Both the position numbers and the translations under genes were made by a program. DNA of 60,044 nucleotides. Source: an uncultured virus (IMG/VR IMGVR_UViG_3300042860_004714) (lineage: Duplodnaviria > Heunggongvirae > Uroviricota > Caudoviricetes). The notes beneath the pieces were generated by a model that had not been told where the DNA came from, did no database searches, and was given only the letters and a program-made list of their open reading frames with translations. The stretch lies in the IMG/VR virus record IMGVR_UViG_3300042860_004714, one strand, 5' to 3'. Positions 28,099-36,485 of this stretch are shown here, piece after piece. Each line of letters starts with the position of its first letter. The stretch's first letter is position 1.

Positions 28099-30258
28099 GT
28101 GTCAAACGACTTCATGCCCCTGTCTGGGGCGATTCTTGTGACTAACCCCAGAAGGAGGAACCCCATGGGTCTCGCTCTCGAAAATGGCATCGCGCTTGAG
28201 AACGGCGCGAAGGGCCTCATCAACCGACTTGCTCGCGAAGTCGAGAAAGGTACGGTCACCGTTGAGCAGGCGGCCACAGCCTTTGCTGAACGGGGCAAGT
28301 TTCCGGTCGCTCAGCGCAAAGATTTCATGCAGCGTGTCGCGGTGCAGAAGGGCCAGTCCACTCGACCCACTCGCGGAAAGACGCGCACCCCGATGCAGGC
28401 TTCGGGCGGCAAGGCGGGGAGAGCCTACGGTGCGGCTCTCGATCGGCTTGATCCGGACGGCGCTAGCAAGCGTGCGGCTCGTCAGGCCGTTCTGTCGCGT
28501 TTCCGCAAGTACAGCAGCGGTGACGTGCAGGGGGACAACGACGACATTTTCGGCTACGAGAGTGGCGTCGTCAACAAGGATGCTATGCCGAACCCCGGTA
28601 TCTTCGGCGGCATCGCTCTTGAGAACCCGCCGTTCGCTCTTGGCCGCAACAAGGGCAAGAACTACAACGCAGAGGTCGCAGGCCGCCGCAACCGTCGCGC
28701 CAACTACCGTCGCGCCATCATTGCTCGTGTCAAGGCCATGGGCTACCCGATTGACGGCAGCATCCTGAAGTCGCCCGCCCGGCGTCGTCCGAAGAACCAT
28801 CTTCACCCGGCGACCACGCTGGACGGCAAGCCGCTGTACATCCCGGGGACCAAGATCCAGTACATGACCTCGAACTCCGCCGCTATCAAGCGCGATCTGG
28901 CCAAGCGCGTGGGGATTCGAAACAAGCTGGACGCCCAGGGAAACCGTTACGGCAAGCTGCAAAATGCGTCCGATGCGGAGCTGATCGAAGTGTACGGCCC
29001 TGATTCCACCATCACGGGCGTCCGTGCGTGGCAGGGCAAGAAGGGCATCAAGCCGGGCACCAGCGTGGGCCGCAAGGGCCGCCCCGCCAAGGGCAGCCCT
29101 GAGATGAAGGCTCGCATGGCTGCACTTCGGGCACAGAAGGGCAAGGCCAAGCCGAACGGCATGTTCGGCGGTCTTGCGCTCGAGAACGGCATCGCGCTCG
29201 AGAACGTGGGCCTGTCGGACTTCGCCAACTCCGCCAAGTACGCCGCCATCGCAGGCGTCGTTGGCGCGGGTTCCGGTGTGGTCCACTACAAGCTCGTCCC
29301 CCTCGCCACCGAGATGCTTTACAGCAAGCTCCCTGGCGCTGTCGGTGAGTACGCAGTTGAGTACAACTACGCCATCACCGGTATCCTGGGCGGCGTCGCT
29401 GTCGGCGCGGCTGCACTCGCTCTGCCGAGCAACCTGCGGGGCTACGCTCTTGCGGGCGCCACTGGCGTCGCGATGGCTGGCGGTCTGCTCCAGGTCTTCA
29501 AGTACCTGGGTCTGATCAACGAGGAGGGCAGCGGCTCGGTGGACGAGGTGATCGAGGAGGTCGCCCCCGTCCTCGCTCCCGTGAGCTCTGAGTTCGGTCC
29601 GGTCGCGGCTTCCGATGCGGCTTCGGCTGGCGAGGCTCCCCAGCTGTCCGGCATCTTCGGCGGTGTGGCTCACCACAACCCCGGCGTGTTCGGCGGTGTG
29701 GCTCACCACAACCCCGGCGTCTTCGGTGACGGCATGGCCTACCAGCTCGCGAGTGTCGCGGGTGGGTTGACCGGCCAGAACTTTGGTGACGCAAATTTTG
29801 ATGAGGGCGTCAGCACCTACTCAGGTGCCAGCCTTGCTGACGCCCTCCACTCTGGCGCGGACCTGGATGTAGAGGAAGGTGAGGCTGCCTGCATGGGCCA
29901 GCACACCTACCTCGACAAGTTCGGCTACCCCACCGTGCGCATCTCTCAGATGGGCGGCCATCGCGGCCCCAGCCACTTGGCTGGTCGTCGCGGGCACAGA
30001 TGGGGCTGGCTGATCAAGATGGTTGGCTTCCGGCAGTTCCAGGCGCTCGCTCAGCTCCCCCCGGAGCGGCGTCTCTTGGTTCTCAGCCAGATGCGAGCCT
30101 CTGCCATCCAGCAGTTCCAAGACTCCATGAAGAGAGTCACCATGTCTGAGTCCCCGAAGGCCGTGAGCGGCTCGACCGCTACCGTGCCCGAGGCCCCCAT
30201 GGGGGCGGACTCAAATTACGGTGCTACACTCTTCGCCAGCCCGGAATATCTGGGCTAA
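28099..30258 (+). CDS. Large basic/membrane virion protein, possible polyprotein (alternative start 28165)
   Basis: Repeated ALENG/NP motifs, Arg/Lys-rich N-half, three hydrophobic helices, GVFGGVAHHNP repeat; very high GC3; lies directly upstream of the capsid candidate. Confidence 0.85.
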   Translation: MSNDFMPLSGAILVTNPRRRNPMGLALENGIALENGAKGLINRLAREVEKGTVTVEQAATAFAERGKFPVAQRKDFMQRVAVQKGQSTRPTRGKTRTPMQASGGKAGRAYGAALDRLDPDGASKRAARQAVLSRFRKYSSGDVQGDNDDIFGYESGVVNKDAMPNPGIFGGIALENPPFALGRNKGKNYNAEVAGRRNRRANYRRAIIARVKAMGYPIDGSILKSPARRRPKNHLHPATTLDGKPLYIPGTKIQYMTSNSAAIKRDLAKRVGIRNKLDAQGNRYGKLQNASDAELIEVYGPDSTITGVRAWQGKKGIKPGTSVGRKGRPAKGSPEMKARMAALRAQKGKAKPNGMFGGLALENGIALENVGLSDFANSAKYAAIAGVVGAGSGVVHYKLVPLATEMLYSKLPGAVGEYAVEYNYAITGILGGVAVGAAALALPSNLRGYALAGATGVAMAGGLLQVFKYLGLINEEGSGSVDEVIEEVAPVLAPVSSEFGPVAASDAASAGEAPQLSGIFGGVAHHNPGVFGGVAHHNPGVFGDGMAYQLASVAGGLTGQNFGDANFDEGVSTYSGASLADALHSGADLDVEEGEAACMGQHTYLDKFGYPTVRISQMGGHRGPSHLAGRRGHRWGWLIKMVGFRQFQALAQLPPERRLLVLSQMRASAIQQFQDSMKRVTMSESPKAVSGSTATVPEAPMGADSNYGATLFASPEYLG
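29650..29726 (+). repeat. 33-bp in-frame tandem repeat (GxFGGVAHHNP x2 plus partial)
   Basis: ttcggcggtgtggctcaccacaaccccggcgt at 29656 and 29689. Confidence 0.9.
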
Positions 30259-30261
30259 AAC

Positions 30262-30309
30262 AGAGGGGAGAGGCCGTACCGGCTGTCGCGCGTGAGGCCT
30301 CTCCCCTCT
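30262..30309 (+). promoter_or_regulatory. 14-bp perfect inverted repeat upstream of the capsid candidate
   Basis: agaggggagaggcc ... ggcctctcccctct, followed by a pyrimidine tract. Confidence 0.6.
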
Positions 30310-30363
30310 TGTCCCTTCCTTCGTCACTCTCTCCCCCGCGTACTCCGCGAAAAGGATTCAATC

Positions 30364-31053
30364 ATGCATCCGCTCATCAGCCAGGGCTCCGGCCTTCCCT
30401 CCGGTGTTCCCCAGACGATCCCCACCAACCTCTTCCGGTTTGGTGAGATCACCCTCTACTCGACCCACGCCTTCGGCAACAACGCTGTCACCAGCAACCT
30501 TGCCAACACCACGAACCGGATGTTCGTGACCCAGCTGGGCGGGACCGGTCAGGGCTTCGGCCAGGGCTTGTCCACCTCCGAGACCAACCTCAAGGAGGCC
30601 GGGCGCATCCCGTCCGGTCAGGCCTACGACGTCTTCGGCGTCGCCGGTCAGGTGATGGCTTGGACCCCCAGCGACGGCGCGGGCACCATCGTGGCGCCCA
30701 TCACCAACGCCTCGCTGGCTGCTTCCGGTCTGGCGACTGTCGTCAACAACGGCATCTTCAGCTGGGACTTCACGCAGACCAAGGTCTTCATCTGCCCGCT
30801 CATGCTGGCCGGTGCTGGCGGCGGTATCTTCGGCGCGGTCGCGGACTCCGCCGGTAACCAGGTCGGTGCCCTGAACAACGGCAACGGCGGCATCTGGATG
30901 TACCGGAAGAACCCCGTCGCTCTGCCGGGCAACAGCACCTTCGCGGTCGAGCTGAACTTCGGTACCCGCGCTGGTACTCTCGGCATCGGCGTGGGTCTGG
31001 CGATCCGCTGCGTCCTGCTGGGTTACTACAAGAGCGTGATCGAGATCGGGTGA
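30364..31053 (+). CDS. Putative major capsid protein (jelly-roll-like, 229 aa)
   Basis: Beta-strand-rich, no TM; ETNLKEAGRIPSGQAYDVFGV, VALPGNSTFAVELNF, IRCVLLGY; strongest codon bias seen; flanked by hairpins. The fold is inferred. Confidence 0.6.
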   Translation: MHPLISQGSGLPSGVPQTIPTNLFRFGEITLYSTHAFGNNAVTSNLANTTNRMFVTQLGGTGQGFGQGLSTSETNLKEAGRIPSGQAYDVFGVAGQVMAWTPSDGAGTIVAPITNASLAASGLATVVNNGIFSWDFTQTKVFICPLMLAGAGGGIFGAVADSAGNQVGALNNGNGGIWMYRKNPVALPGNSTFAVELNFGTRAGTLGIGVGLAIRCVLLGYYKSVIEIG

Positions 31054-31062
31054 TTTGTATTA

Positions 31063-31140
31063 CTCGTGAGAGTATTGATCAACTCAGTACTCTCGCGAGC
31101 AATAGGCCCCTCAGAGAAATCTGAGGGGTTTCGCTCTTTT
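31063..31140 (+). terminator. Double hairpin / intrinsic terminator after the capsid gene
   Basis: ctcgtgagagtattga/tcagtactctcgcgag, then ggcccctcaga-gaaa-tctgaggggtt with downstream T-rich run. Confidence 0.7.
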
Positions 31141-31280
31141 GGTCTTCCGATTTTTAGTGCTTCACTTCGATAAAATGCCTCAAATTTAACTACGTTCTTG
31201 CGATAGCCTAGTAGTACAAAAAAAACCCACTTGCATTCGGAATCGATTCGGAATACTGAGAGCGAAACAGGAGGAACCCG

Positions 31281-33143
31281 ATGGTTCCAGTCTCGCCAAG
31301 ACTCTCTTCCTCGTTGTCTCTTCGAATCAAAGAACTGAAGGAGAAGATCAAAGAAGAAAGACTCAAAGACGAGCAAGTCATTTTGACCGAGGCTGAAATC
31401 AAAGAGACCAGGGAAGCGGAAGGGTCAGGTTCTATAGAACTTATTTGTTCAGAAGTGACAGATTTGGTCTGTCTTCATTTGAAGCAGTATGGTTGGTTTA
31501 TGCCAGAGAAAAACCAGACTGTGACAGACGCTATTGCTGAAATTTTGTCTGGCTTAAAGACAAGAAAAAACGAGTCTCTTTACTCCAGCCGAACCCGTGG
31601 AGGGAGCGCCTACCTGAAATCAAGATTTGCTTCATTCTGGGAGGCCAACAACGGTCCTGCTCTTCGTGCTTTTGATAGACAAACTTTGTTTAAAATTATT
31701 CAGTATCGCGTGGGGCTAAATACGAAGAGTGAAACTTTTGATATTTCTTTATCGGAAATAAGAAAAGGTTTTGTTGTTGGTCGTTATACCGTCAGTTTTT
31801 TCAAAGCCACTACTGCCGCTGAGATTATAGCTCGTTGGATGCCAGACGTACCCATAAAGAAAATGTGGGATCCGTCTTGCGGTTTTGGGGCCCGTCTGCT
31901 TGGTTTCGCCTCAGTTTGTCCTGACGGAGTCTACATTGGAACAGAACCCGCAAAGAAAACATTTGCCGACCTGGAGCAAGTTGCAGAAGAGTTGAAGGAG
32001 GCTCTCTCTAATTTTCGAGTTGAACTGCACAATACGGGATCAGAAAAAGAATTTGTTCTCCCTGAGGTGAACTTAGTTTTTACGTCTCCTCCTTATTTTG
32101 ATCAAGAACAGTATTTCAATGAACCAGGTCAGTGTTGGCTGGATCACCCCAGAAAGTCGGATTGGGTTTCAAATTATTTGATTCCGACCTTCAAAAAGTC
32201 ATACCGATGCTTAGCCAAAGACGGCAAAATGGTGATCAACATCAACGAAAGGAACAAACAAGATGTTGTGTATGCGGCAGAGAGTGTTGGTTTTTCTTTG
32301 CTCGCAGAAGAGGGTCTATTGTTACCTGCCGATTCTTTTCTCCGCAAGAACGGAGTAAGTGAAGACCGCACAGAACCTGTTTTGATCTTTGGTAAAGAAA
32401 GTTGCGTCTGGAAAGAAGTAGCTGGAACAAACGGTCGGTATGAAGCCAGTGACACCGGAGAGATAAGAAGTTTTACCCGGCAAGGAGGAGGTAAGAAACT
32501 TTTCAATACCGTTATGTCTTCTGGTTACTTAAGTGTGGGGCTTACAGCAAAGGAAGGAGAAAGAGCTCAAACATTTCTTGTACACAGAATAATTGCGCAA
32601 ACATTCCTTGGTGATCCACCTTCGGATCAACACACGGATGTTCGCCATTTAGACGGAAACAAGAAAAACAATAATGTAAAGAATCTTGCTTGGGGTACTC
32701 GCAGCGAAAATATGCGTGACGTCATTGTTCATCGTGAGCAGCAGGCAAAGAAGACAAAAGAAGCGAAAGAAGAAGCAAAGGCAGAAGAAAAAGCAGAGAG
32801 GAAAAGAATTTGGTACGAAGGGAGAACGGGGGATACTGAATTAGTTCGCGTTTGCATTGGCCTGCATCGGGACAACAAACTAACAATAGCAGATATAGCA
32901 AAAATACTTGATTGCTCTGTCAGCGTAGCCTCAAACATATTGCACGGAGACAACAAAATACTTCCTGATGAGCAGAGAGTTCCGGTAAGATCAAAAAGAA
33001 CCGAAACCAGAAAAGCTGAGATCAAAAGACTCGTCAAACAGGGCAAGTCAAGAGCAGAAGTGAATACAATCTTGAAAGAGAACTTGACAGCGCAAGATTT
33101 CTACTATTACAAGGAAGCTATACAAAAAGAAAGCAACACTTGA
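31281..33143 (+). CDS. DNA amino-methyltransferase fused to NUMOD4-HNH endonuclease
   Basis: Motif I WDPSCGFGARL, motif IV FTSPPYF; NUMOD4 WKEVAGTNGRYEASDTGEIRS; HNH VHRIIAQTF...VRHLDGNKKNNNVKNLAWGTRSENM; HTH-like tail; visibly AT-richer than the flanks. Confidence 0.88.
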   Translation: MVPVSPRLSSSLSLRIKELKEKIKEERLKDEQVILTEAEIKETREAEGSGSIELICSEVTDLVCLHLKQYGWFMPEKNQTVTDAIAEILSGLKTRKNESLYSSRTRGGSAYLKSRFASFWEANNGPALRAFDRQTLFKIIQYRVGLNTKSETFDISLSEIRKGFVVGRYTVSFFKATTAAEIIARWMPDVPIKKMWDPSCGFGARLLGFASVCPDGVYIGTEPAKKTFADLEQVAEELKEALSNFRVELHNTGSEKEFVLPEVNLVFTSPPYFDQEQYFNEPGQCWLDHPRKSDWVSNYLIPTFKKSYRCLAKDGKMVININERNKQDVVYAAESVGFSLLAEEGLLLPADSFLRKNGVSEDRTEPVLIFGKESCVWKEVAGTNGRYEASDTGEIRSFTRQGGGKKLFNTVMSSGYLSVGLTAKEGERAQTFLVHRIIAQTFLGDPPSDQHTDVRHLDGNKKNNNVKNLAWGTRSENMRDVIVHREQQAKKTKEAKEEAKAEEKAERKRIWYEGRTGDTELVRVCIGLHRDNKLTIADIAKILDCSVSVASNILHGDNKILPDEQRVPVRSKRTETRKAEIKRLVKQGKSRAEVNTILKENLTAQDFYYYKEAIQKESNT

Positions 33144-33237
33144 ACTGTAGCACTCCTCCTTCCTCTCTTGTTTGACGCAATACGATTTTCGTACTAACAA
33201 TACGTCGACAGAACAACCCTGAACCAAGAGTATAGTT

Positions 33238-33597
33238 GTGGCCAGCACACAAAGCCCTATCGGCACCCTCGATATCTACCCCGAAGTCAACATCACGGCG
33301 GGGCAAACCGTTACTGTCACGAGTATTCTCAGTGATTTTGTGCTTGTGGGCGCGACTGTTCAGGGGACCACAGGAACAATAGCTACGATCAGAAAAAACG
33401 GTTTGACCGCAGCAGTCGCTACCTACGCCGCAGGGCCGCCTGTCGCTAACAGCTGTGTTCTCACCAACGCAAACACGTCCTTTGCGGCTACCGACGCGCT
33501 CACTATCGTGATTTCCGGAGCAACAGCTACGAGAATCACGCTGTACGTTAGCTTCCCCAACGTGTACGCAGATGCGTTGACTACTTCCATCGCCTGA
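33238..33597 (+). CDS. Small beta-rich structural protein, paralog 1
   Basis: ITAGQTVTVT...LTNANTSFAATDAL...ATRITL shared with neighbours. Confidence 0.75.
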   Translation: MASTQSPIGTLDIYPEVNITAGQTVTVTSILSDFVLVGATVQGTTGTIATIRKNGLTAAVATYAAGPPVANSCVLTNANTSFAATDALTIVISGATATRITLYVSFPNVYADALTTSIA

Positions 33598-33604
33598 GGT
33601 CTTC

Positions 33605-33967
33605 ATGGCAAACCGCTTCTCTCCCGTATACACCGTAGACATCACCAGCGCGATCAACGCAGGTCAGACTGCGACGGTCACCTCTTTCGGGCAGGCTTTC
33701 GAGCTTGTCAACGTTCTTGTGGCCGGCAGCGATGGCGCAAACGTCTCTGTTCGGAACACGGGCGGCGCTGTTGCGGCTGTTGCTGTTGTCAACGGCCTCA
33801 CGGCGGGCGAGCTGGGCGGCACAACGACCATCACGAACGCCAACACGACCTTCGCCTCTACCGCGAACATCACGATCGTGGTAACGGCCGCCAACGTCAC
33901 GCGAGTTGTGCTGTTCTGCCGTGCCGCAGACAGCATTGCCCGCGAAATCACCGTTACTGTCGCCTGA
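33605..33967 (+). CDS. Small beta-rich structural protein, paralog 2
   Basis: FSP..VDIT..INAGQTATVT..GQAFE...NANTTFASTAN...ANVTRV. Confidence 0.8.
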   Translation: MANRFSPVYTVDITSAINAGQTATVTSFGQAFELVNVLVAGSDGANVSVRNTGGAVAAVAVVNGLTAGELGGTTTITNANTTFASTANITIVVTAANVTRVVLFCRAADSIAREITVTVA

Positions 33968-33975
33968 GGTGAATC

Positions 33976-34332
33976 ATGCCTGCAAACATGGCTCCTGTCG
34001 TCGAGATCGTGTTTGACAACGTCCTCACTGTTGGAGGTACGGACGAGGCAATCATCACTTTGCCCACGAACTCCAGCTACTTCTTGCTTGGTGTCGTCGT
34101 TAGAGGGACTGCGGGCGGTCCTCCGGCCACAACTCTGACTGTTGCAAGTGACGGCAACACGCTGATCAACGCAGCGCAGGTCGGCGCGTCCACCATTTTC
34201 GTCCCTTGCAATTCGTTCGATCCTGCCACCGGCACGATCGTGGTCACTGCGGGCGGCGGAGGCACGATCACGTATTGTAGCCTTCTGCTTCGCGGCGATG
34301 TCGGTCGCAGCTTGACGATCGTCGTCCAGTAA
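33976..34332 (+). CDS. Small beta-rich structural protein, divergent paralog 3
   Basis: Same size (118 aa) and similar alternating beta pattern. Confidence 0.7.
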   Translation: MPANMAPVVEIVFDNVLTVGGTDEAIITLPTNSSYFLLGVVVRGTAGGPPATTLTVASDGNTLINAAQVGASTIFVPCNSFDPATGTIVVTAGGGGTITYCSLLLRGDVGRSLTIVVQ

Positions 34333-34434
34333 CGATACCCTCAGCTTGCGTGAGCTAACCCTCGCGCAGGCCGAGGCCCCAAGCCCAACCCTCGGTTCCT
34401 TCTCTCTCCATTCATTCGTTCTCAGGAGGCCACC

Positions 34435-34788
34435 ATGGCCAAGTTCTCTCCTACCTTCTGCATCGACATCACTGACGACATCAACGCCACCCAGGCGACG
34501 ACTGTCACCAATCCTGGCCAGGCCTTCGAGATCGTAGACGTCGTGGCTTCTGGCGCGGCCACTGCTGTTGTTACCGTCAAGAAGAACACCACGGGTGGCG
34601 CGACTGCTGCGGTTGCCACGCTGATCGCCGCCGGGTCGTCTTGTCAGCTGACTGACGCGAACACTGCATTTGCCTCGACTGACAACGTCTTCGTGTCGGT
34701 GGCCACGGCAAACGTGACCCGCGTGACCATCGTTTGTCGCGCTGTCAACGCCAACGCGCCCACTTGGACGAACAGCACGCCAGCCTGA
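34435..34788 (+). CDS. Small beta-rich structural protein, paralog 4
   Basis: AGGAGG SD; MAKFSP..IDITDDINA...GQAFE...DANTAFASTDN...ANVTRV. Confidence 0.8.
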   Translation: MAKFSPTFCIDITDDINATQATTVTNPGQAFEIVDVVASGAATAVVTVKKNTTGGATAAVATLIAAGSSCQLTDANTAFASTDNVFVSVATANVTRVTIVCRAVNANAPTWTNSTPA

Positions 34789-34819
34789 TGAGATAAGCGC
34801 TTTGGCGCTGCTCGAACTT

Positions 34820-34854
34820 GTAGCCCTCGGCCGTGTGCCGGGGGCTACTTGTTT
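34820..34854 (+). terminator. Intrinsic terminator
   Basis: gtagccctcggc-cgtgt-gccgggggctac followed by ttgttt. Confidence 0.7.
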
Positions 34855-34915
34855 GTAGCCTTTTTCTGGCGCCGTGATATCGTGCCACAGAAACCTGCTT
34901 TACGTGAGGCATTCT

Positions 34916-35479
34916 ATGTCCCAGGGTTCTGCCTACCTTTCGATGCCCACTTCAGGACAGATGGGCGGCCCCGAGCCCATGCCGTGGGTTCGTTTTCCGT
35001 TTTTCCCGACTTCGCCTTACATGTCGACCAATTCCGAGGTCGGCTACCAGGTCCGTTATTACGGCGCTCGCCTTCTTCCGACCGACACTGATTTCCAGGT
35101 CAACTCAGAAGCTACGCGACTTGTTCAGTTCGACATTCCTTGTCGGCTCATTGCCATCAACGGAGCCGCGGTCAATACGGCGGCGCTTGGTGCTGCTGTC
35201 GGTGCACTTAGCACCGTGAATATGAACTTGACCTACTTGTTTGCGATGGAGTACACGACGGGTGACAAGCTGCACACCCAGGCTCGCTTGGCGTCTACTG
35301 TCGTCGGTACGATGGAGAATCCCGGTGAGATCGGCGCGTTCGGCTACAACATCGACCAAGGCGCCAGCGTTCAGGTGAAGATCACACCTTTGATCGCAAA
35401 CCTTCGCGTCGACATCACGCTTGTCTGCCTCGAGATGCGCGGTCCTGCGAACGTCTCTCCCCCGGGTCGTCGTTCATGA
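34916..35479 (+). CDS. Putative minor capsid (jelly-roll-like) protein
   Basis: Beta-rich: LVQFDIPCRLIAING...NIDQGASVQVKITP...LRVDITLVCLEMRG. Confidence 0.6.
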   Translation: MSQGSAYLSMPTSGQMGGPEPMPWVRFPFFPTSPYMSTNSEVGYQVRYYGARLLPTDTDFQVNSEATRLVQFDIPCRLIAINGAAVNTAALGAAVGALSTVNMNLTYLFAMEYTTGDKLHTQARLASTVVGTMENPGEIGAFGYNIDQGASVQVKITPLIANLRVDITLVCLEMRGPANVSPPGRRS

Positions 35480-36069
35480 GAAACGATCGTCTGAACCCTC
35501 TGCAGCCGGCAATGTCGGGTCTGTATCGCAACCCCGAAGGCACTCTTCCGATGCCTTCGCCGGGAAGCGATATTCCCGTTCCGTACTACGAGGGTTCAGA
35601 CATCTACTTGGCGTGGTCTCTTGTCGCAGGCGACCCGAACACGTACACGGCCTCGTGGCGGACGCCCGTTTTCAACCTTCGGCCCGATCTCCGTTCTGCG
35701 GGAAACGTGCCCAAGTTCGGCGTCCCCATCTGGTCTACGGCCGCCCGGCTTTACATTCAAGTTGACGGCTTGACGAGTTCGAGCGCCAAGACGACGCAAG
35801 GCCTTCGCGTGACGAGCGAGGAGTTTGCCTCGGTCGCGCAAGGCGACAACCAAGACCTCATCGCCAACTTGAAGCGGGTCACAGCTCCTGTAGACGTGAC
35901 TGGCGACTTCATGCTCGGCATCAATCAGCCTGATCGCGTCGTTCTGGTGTTCGCGCCGTTGGGCGAAGGTCGTCCTGTTCGCTTCTGGTCAGTGCAGTTG
36001 ACCTTCACCAAAGACGCAGTCGATTGGGCTTCGGATCAACGCATTCGCATCTCTGCCGCCTACTACTGA
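35476..36069 (+). CDS. Beta-rich putative structural protein
   Basis: ATGA-coupled; YRNP motif; VRFWSVQLTF. Confidence 0.65.
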   Translation: MRNDRLNPLQPAMSGLYRNPEGTLPMPSPGSDIPVPYYEGSDIYLAWSLVAGDPNTYTASWRTPVFNLRPDLRSAGNVPKFGVPIWSTAARLYIQVDGLTSSSAKTTQGLRVTSEEFASVAQGDNQDLIANLKRVTAPVDVTGDFMLGINQPDRVVLVFAPLGEGRPVRFWSVQLTFTKDAVDWASDQRIRISAAYY

Positions 36070-36076
36070 GGAACTT

Positions 36077-36478
36077 ATGCCTCTTGTTCGGTTGCCCACC
36101 ACAGGCGCAGAGCTTGTCGCATCCGCCAACGTCTATTTGAGGCGGACGGTCACTATTGTTCCGGGAACTTCAACAAACTTCCTGCAAGACATCAATCTCC
36201 AGATCAACAACTTGCCCAACATCTTTGTCTGGATTCGGCAGACAGGCGGCGTGATGGGCTTGTCGTTCTTCCCGAGCTTTGCCGTAGACAACATCGACGT
36301 CGCGGGCGTGGTGACGCCGAACTGGTTGCCGCTTACTGTCCCTCAGGCAGTATTCCTCAACCAGCCCTCCTTCTTCACGTTCAGAATCGTGGCGACGATG
36401 CTGACGCTGGGTGTCGATTACCCTGGCGGCGGTCTCGCGAACGCCACGGTCGAAGTTGTCATTGGTGCGAGCCAGTGA
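36077..36478 (+). CDS. Beta-rich putative structural protein
   Basis: 133 aa, alternating hydrophobic strands. Confidence 0.65.
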   Translation: MPLVRLPTTGAELVASANVYLRRTVTIVPGTSTNFLQDINLQINNLPNIFVWIRQTGGVMGLSFFPSFAVDNIDVAGVVTPNWLPLTVPQAVFLNQPSFFTFRIVATMLTLGVDYPGGGLANATVEVVIGASQ

Positions 36479-36485
36479 GGTCGAG

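Noticed and set aside
28102..29709. Long minus-strand ORFs (also 4156-5256, 7620-8972, 12473-13285, 42860-43951, 55177-55974)
   Set aside because: Antisense shadows of GC3-biased + strand genes; no protein-like motifs.
31054..33237. Group I intron or intein housing the HNH
   Set aside because: Flanking genes appear intact with their own stop and start; I recognised no intron core or intein splice motifs.
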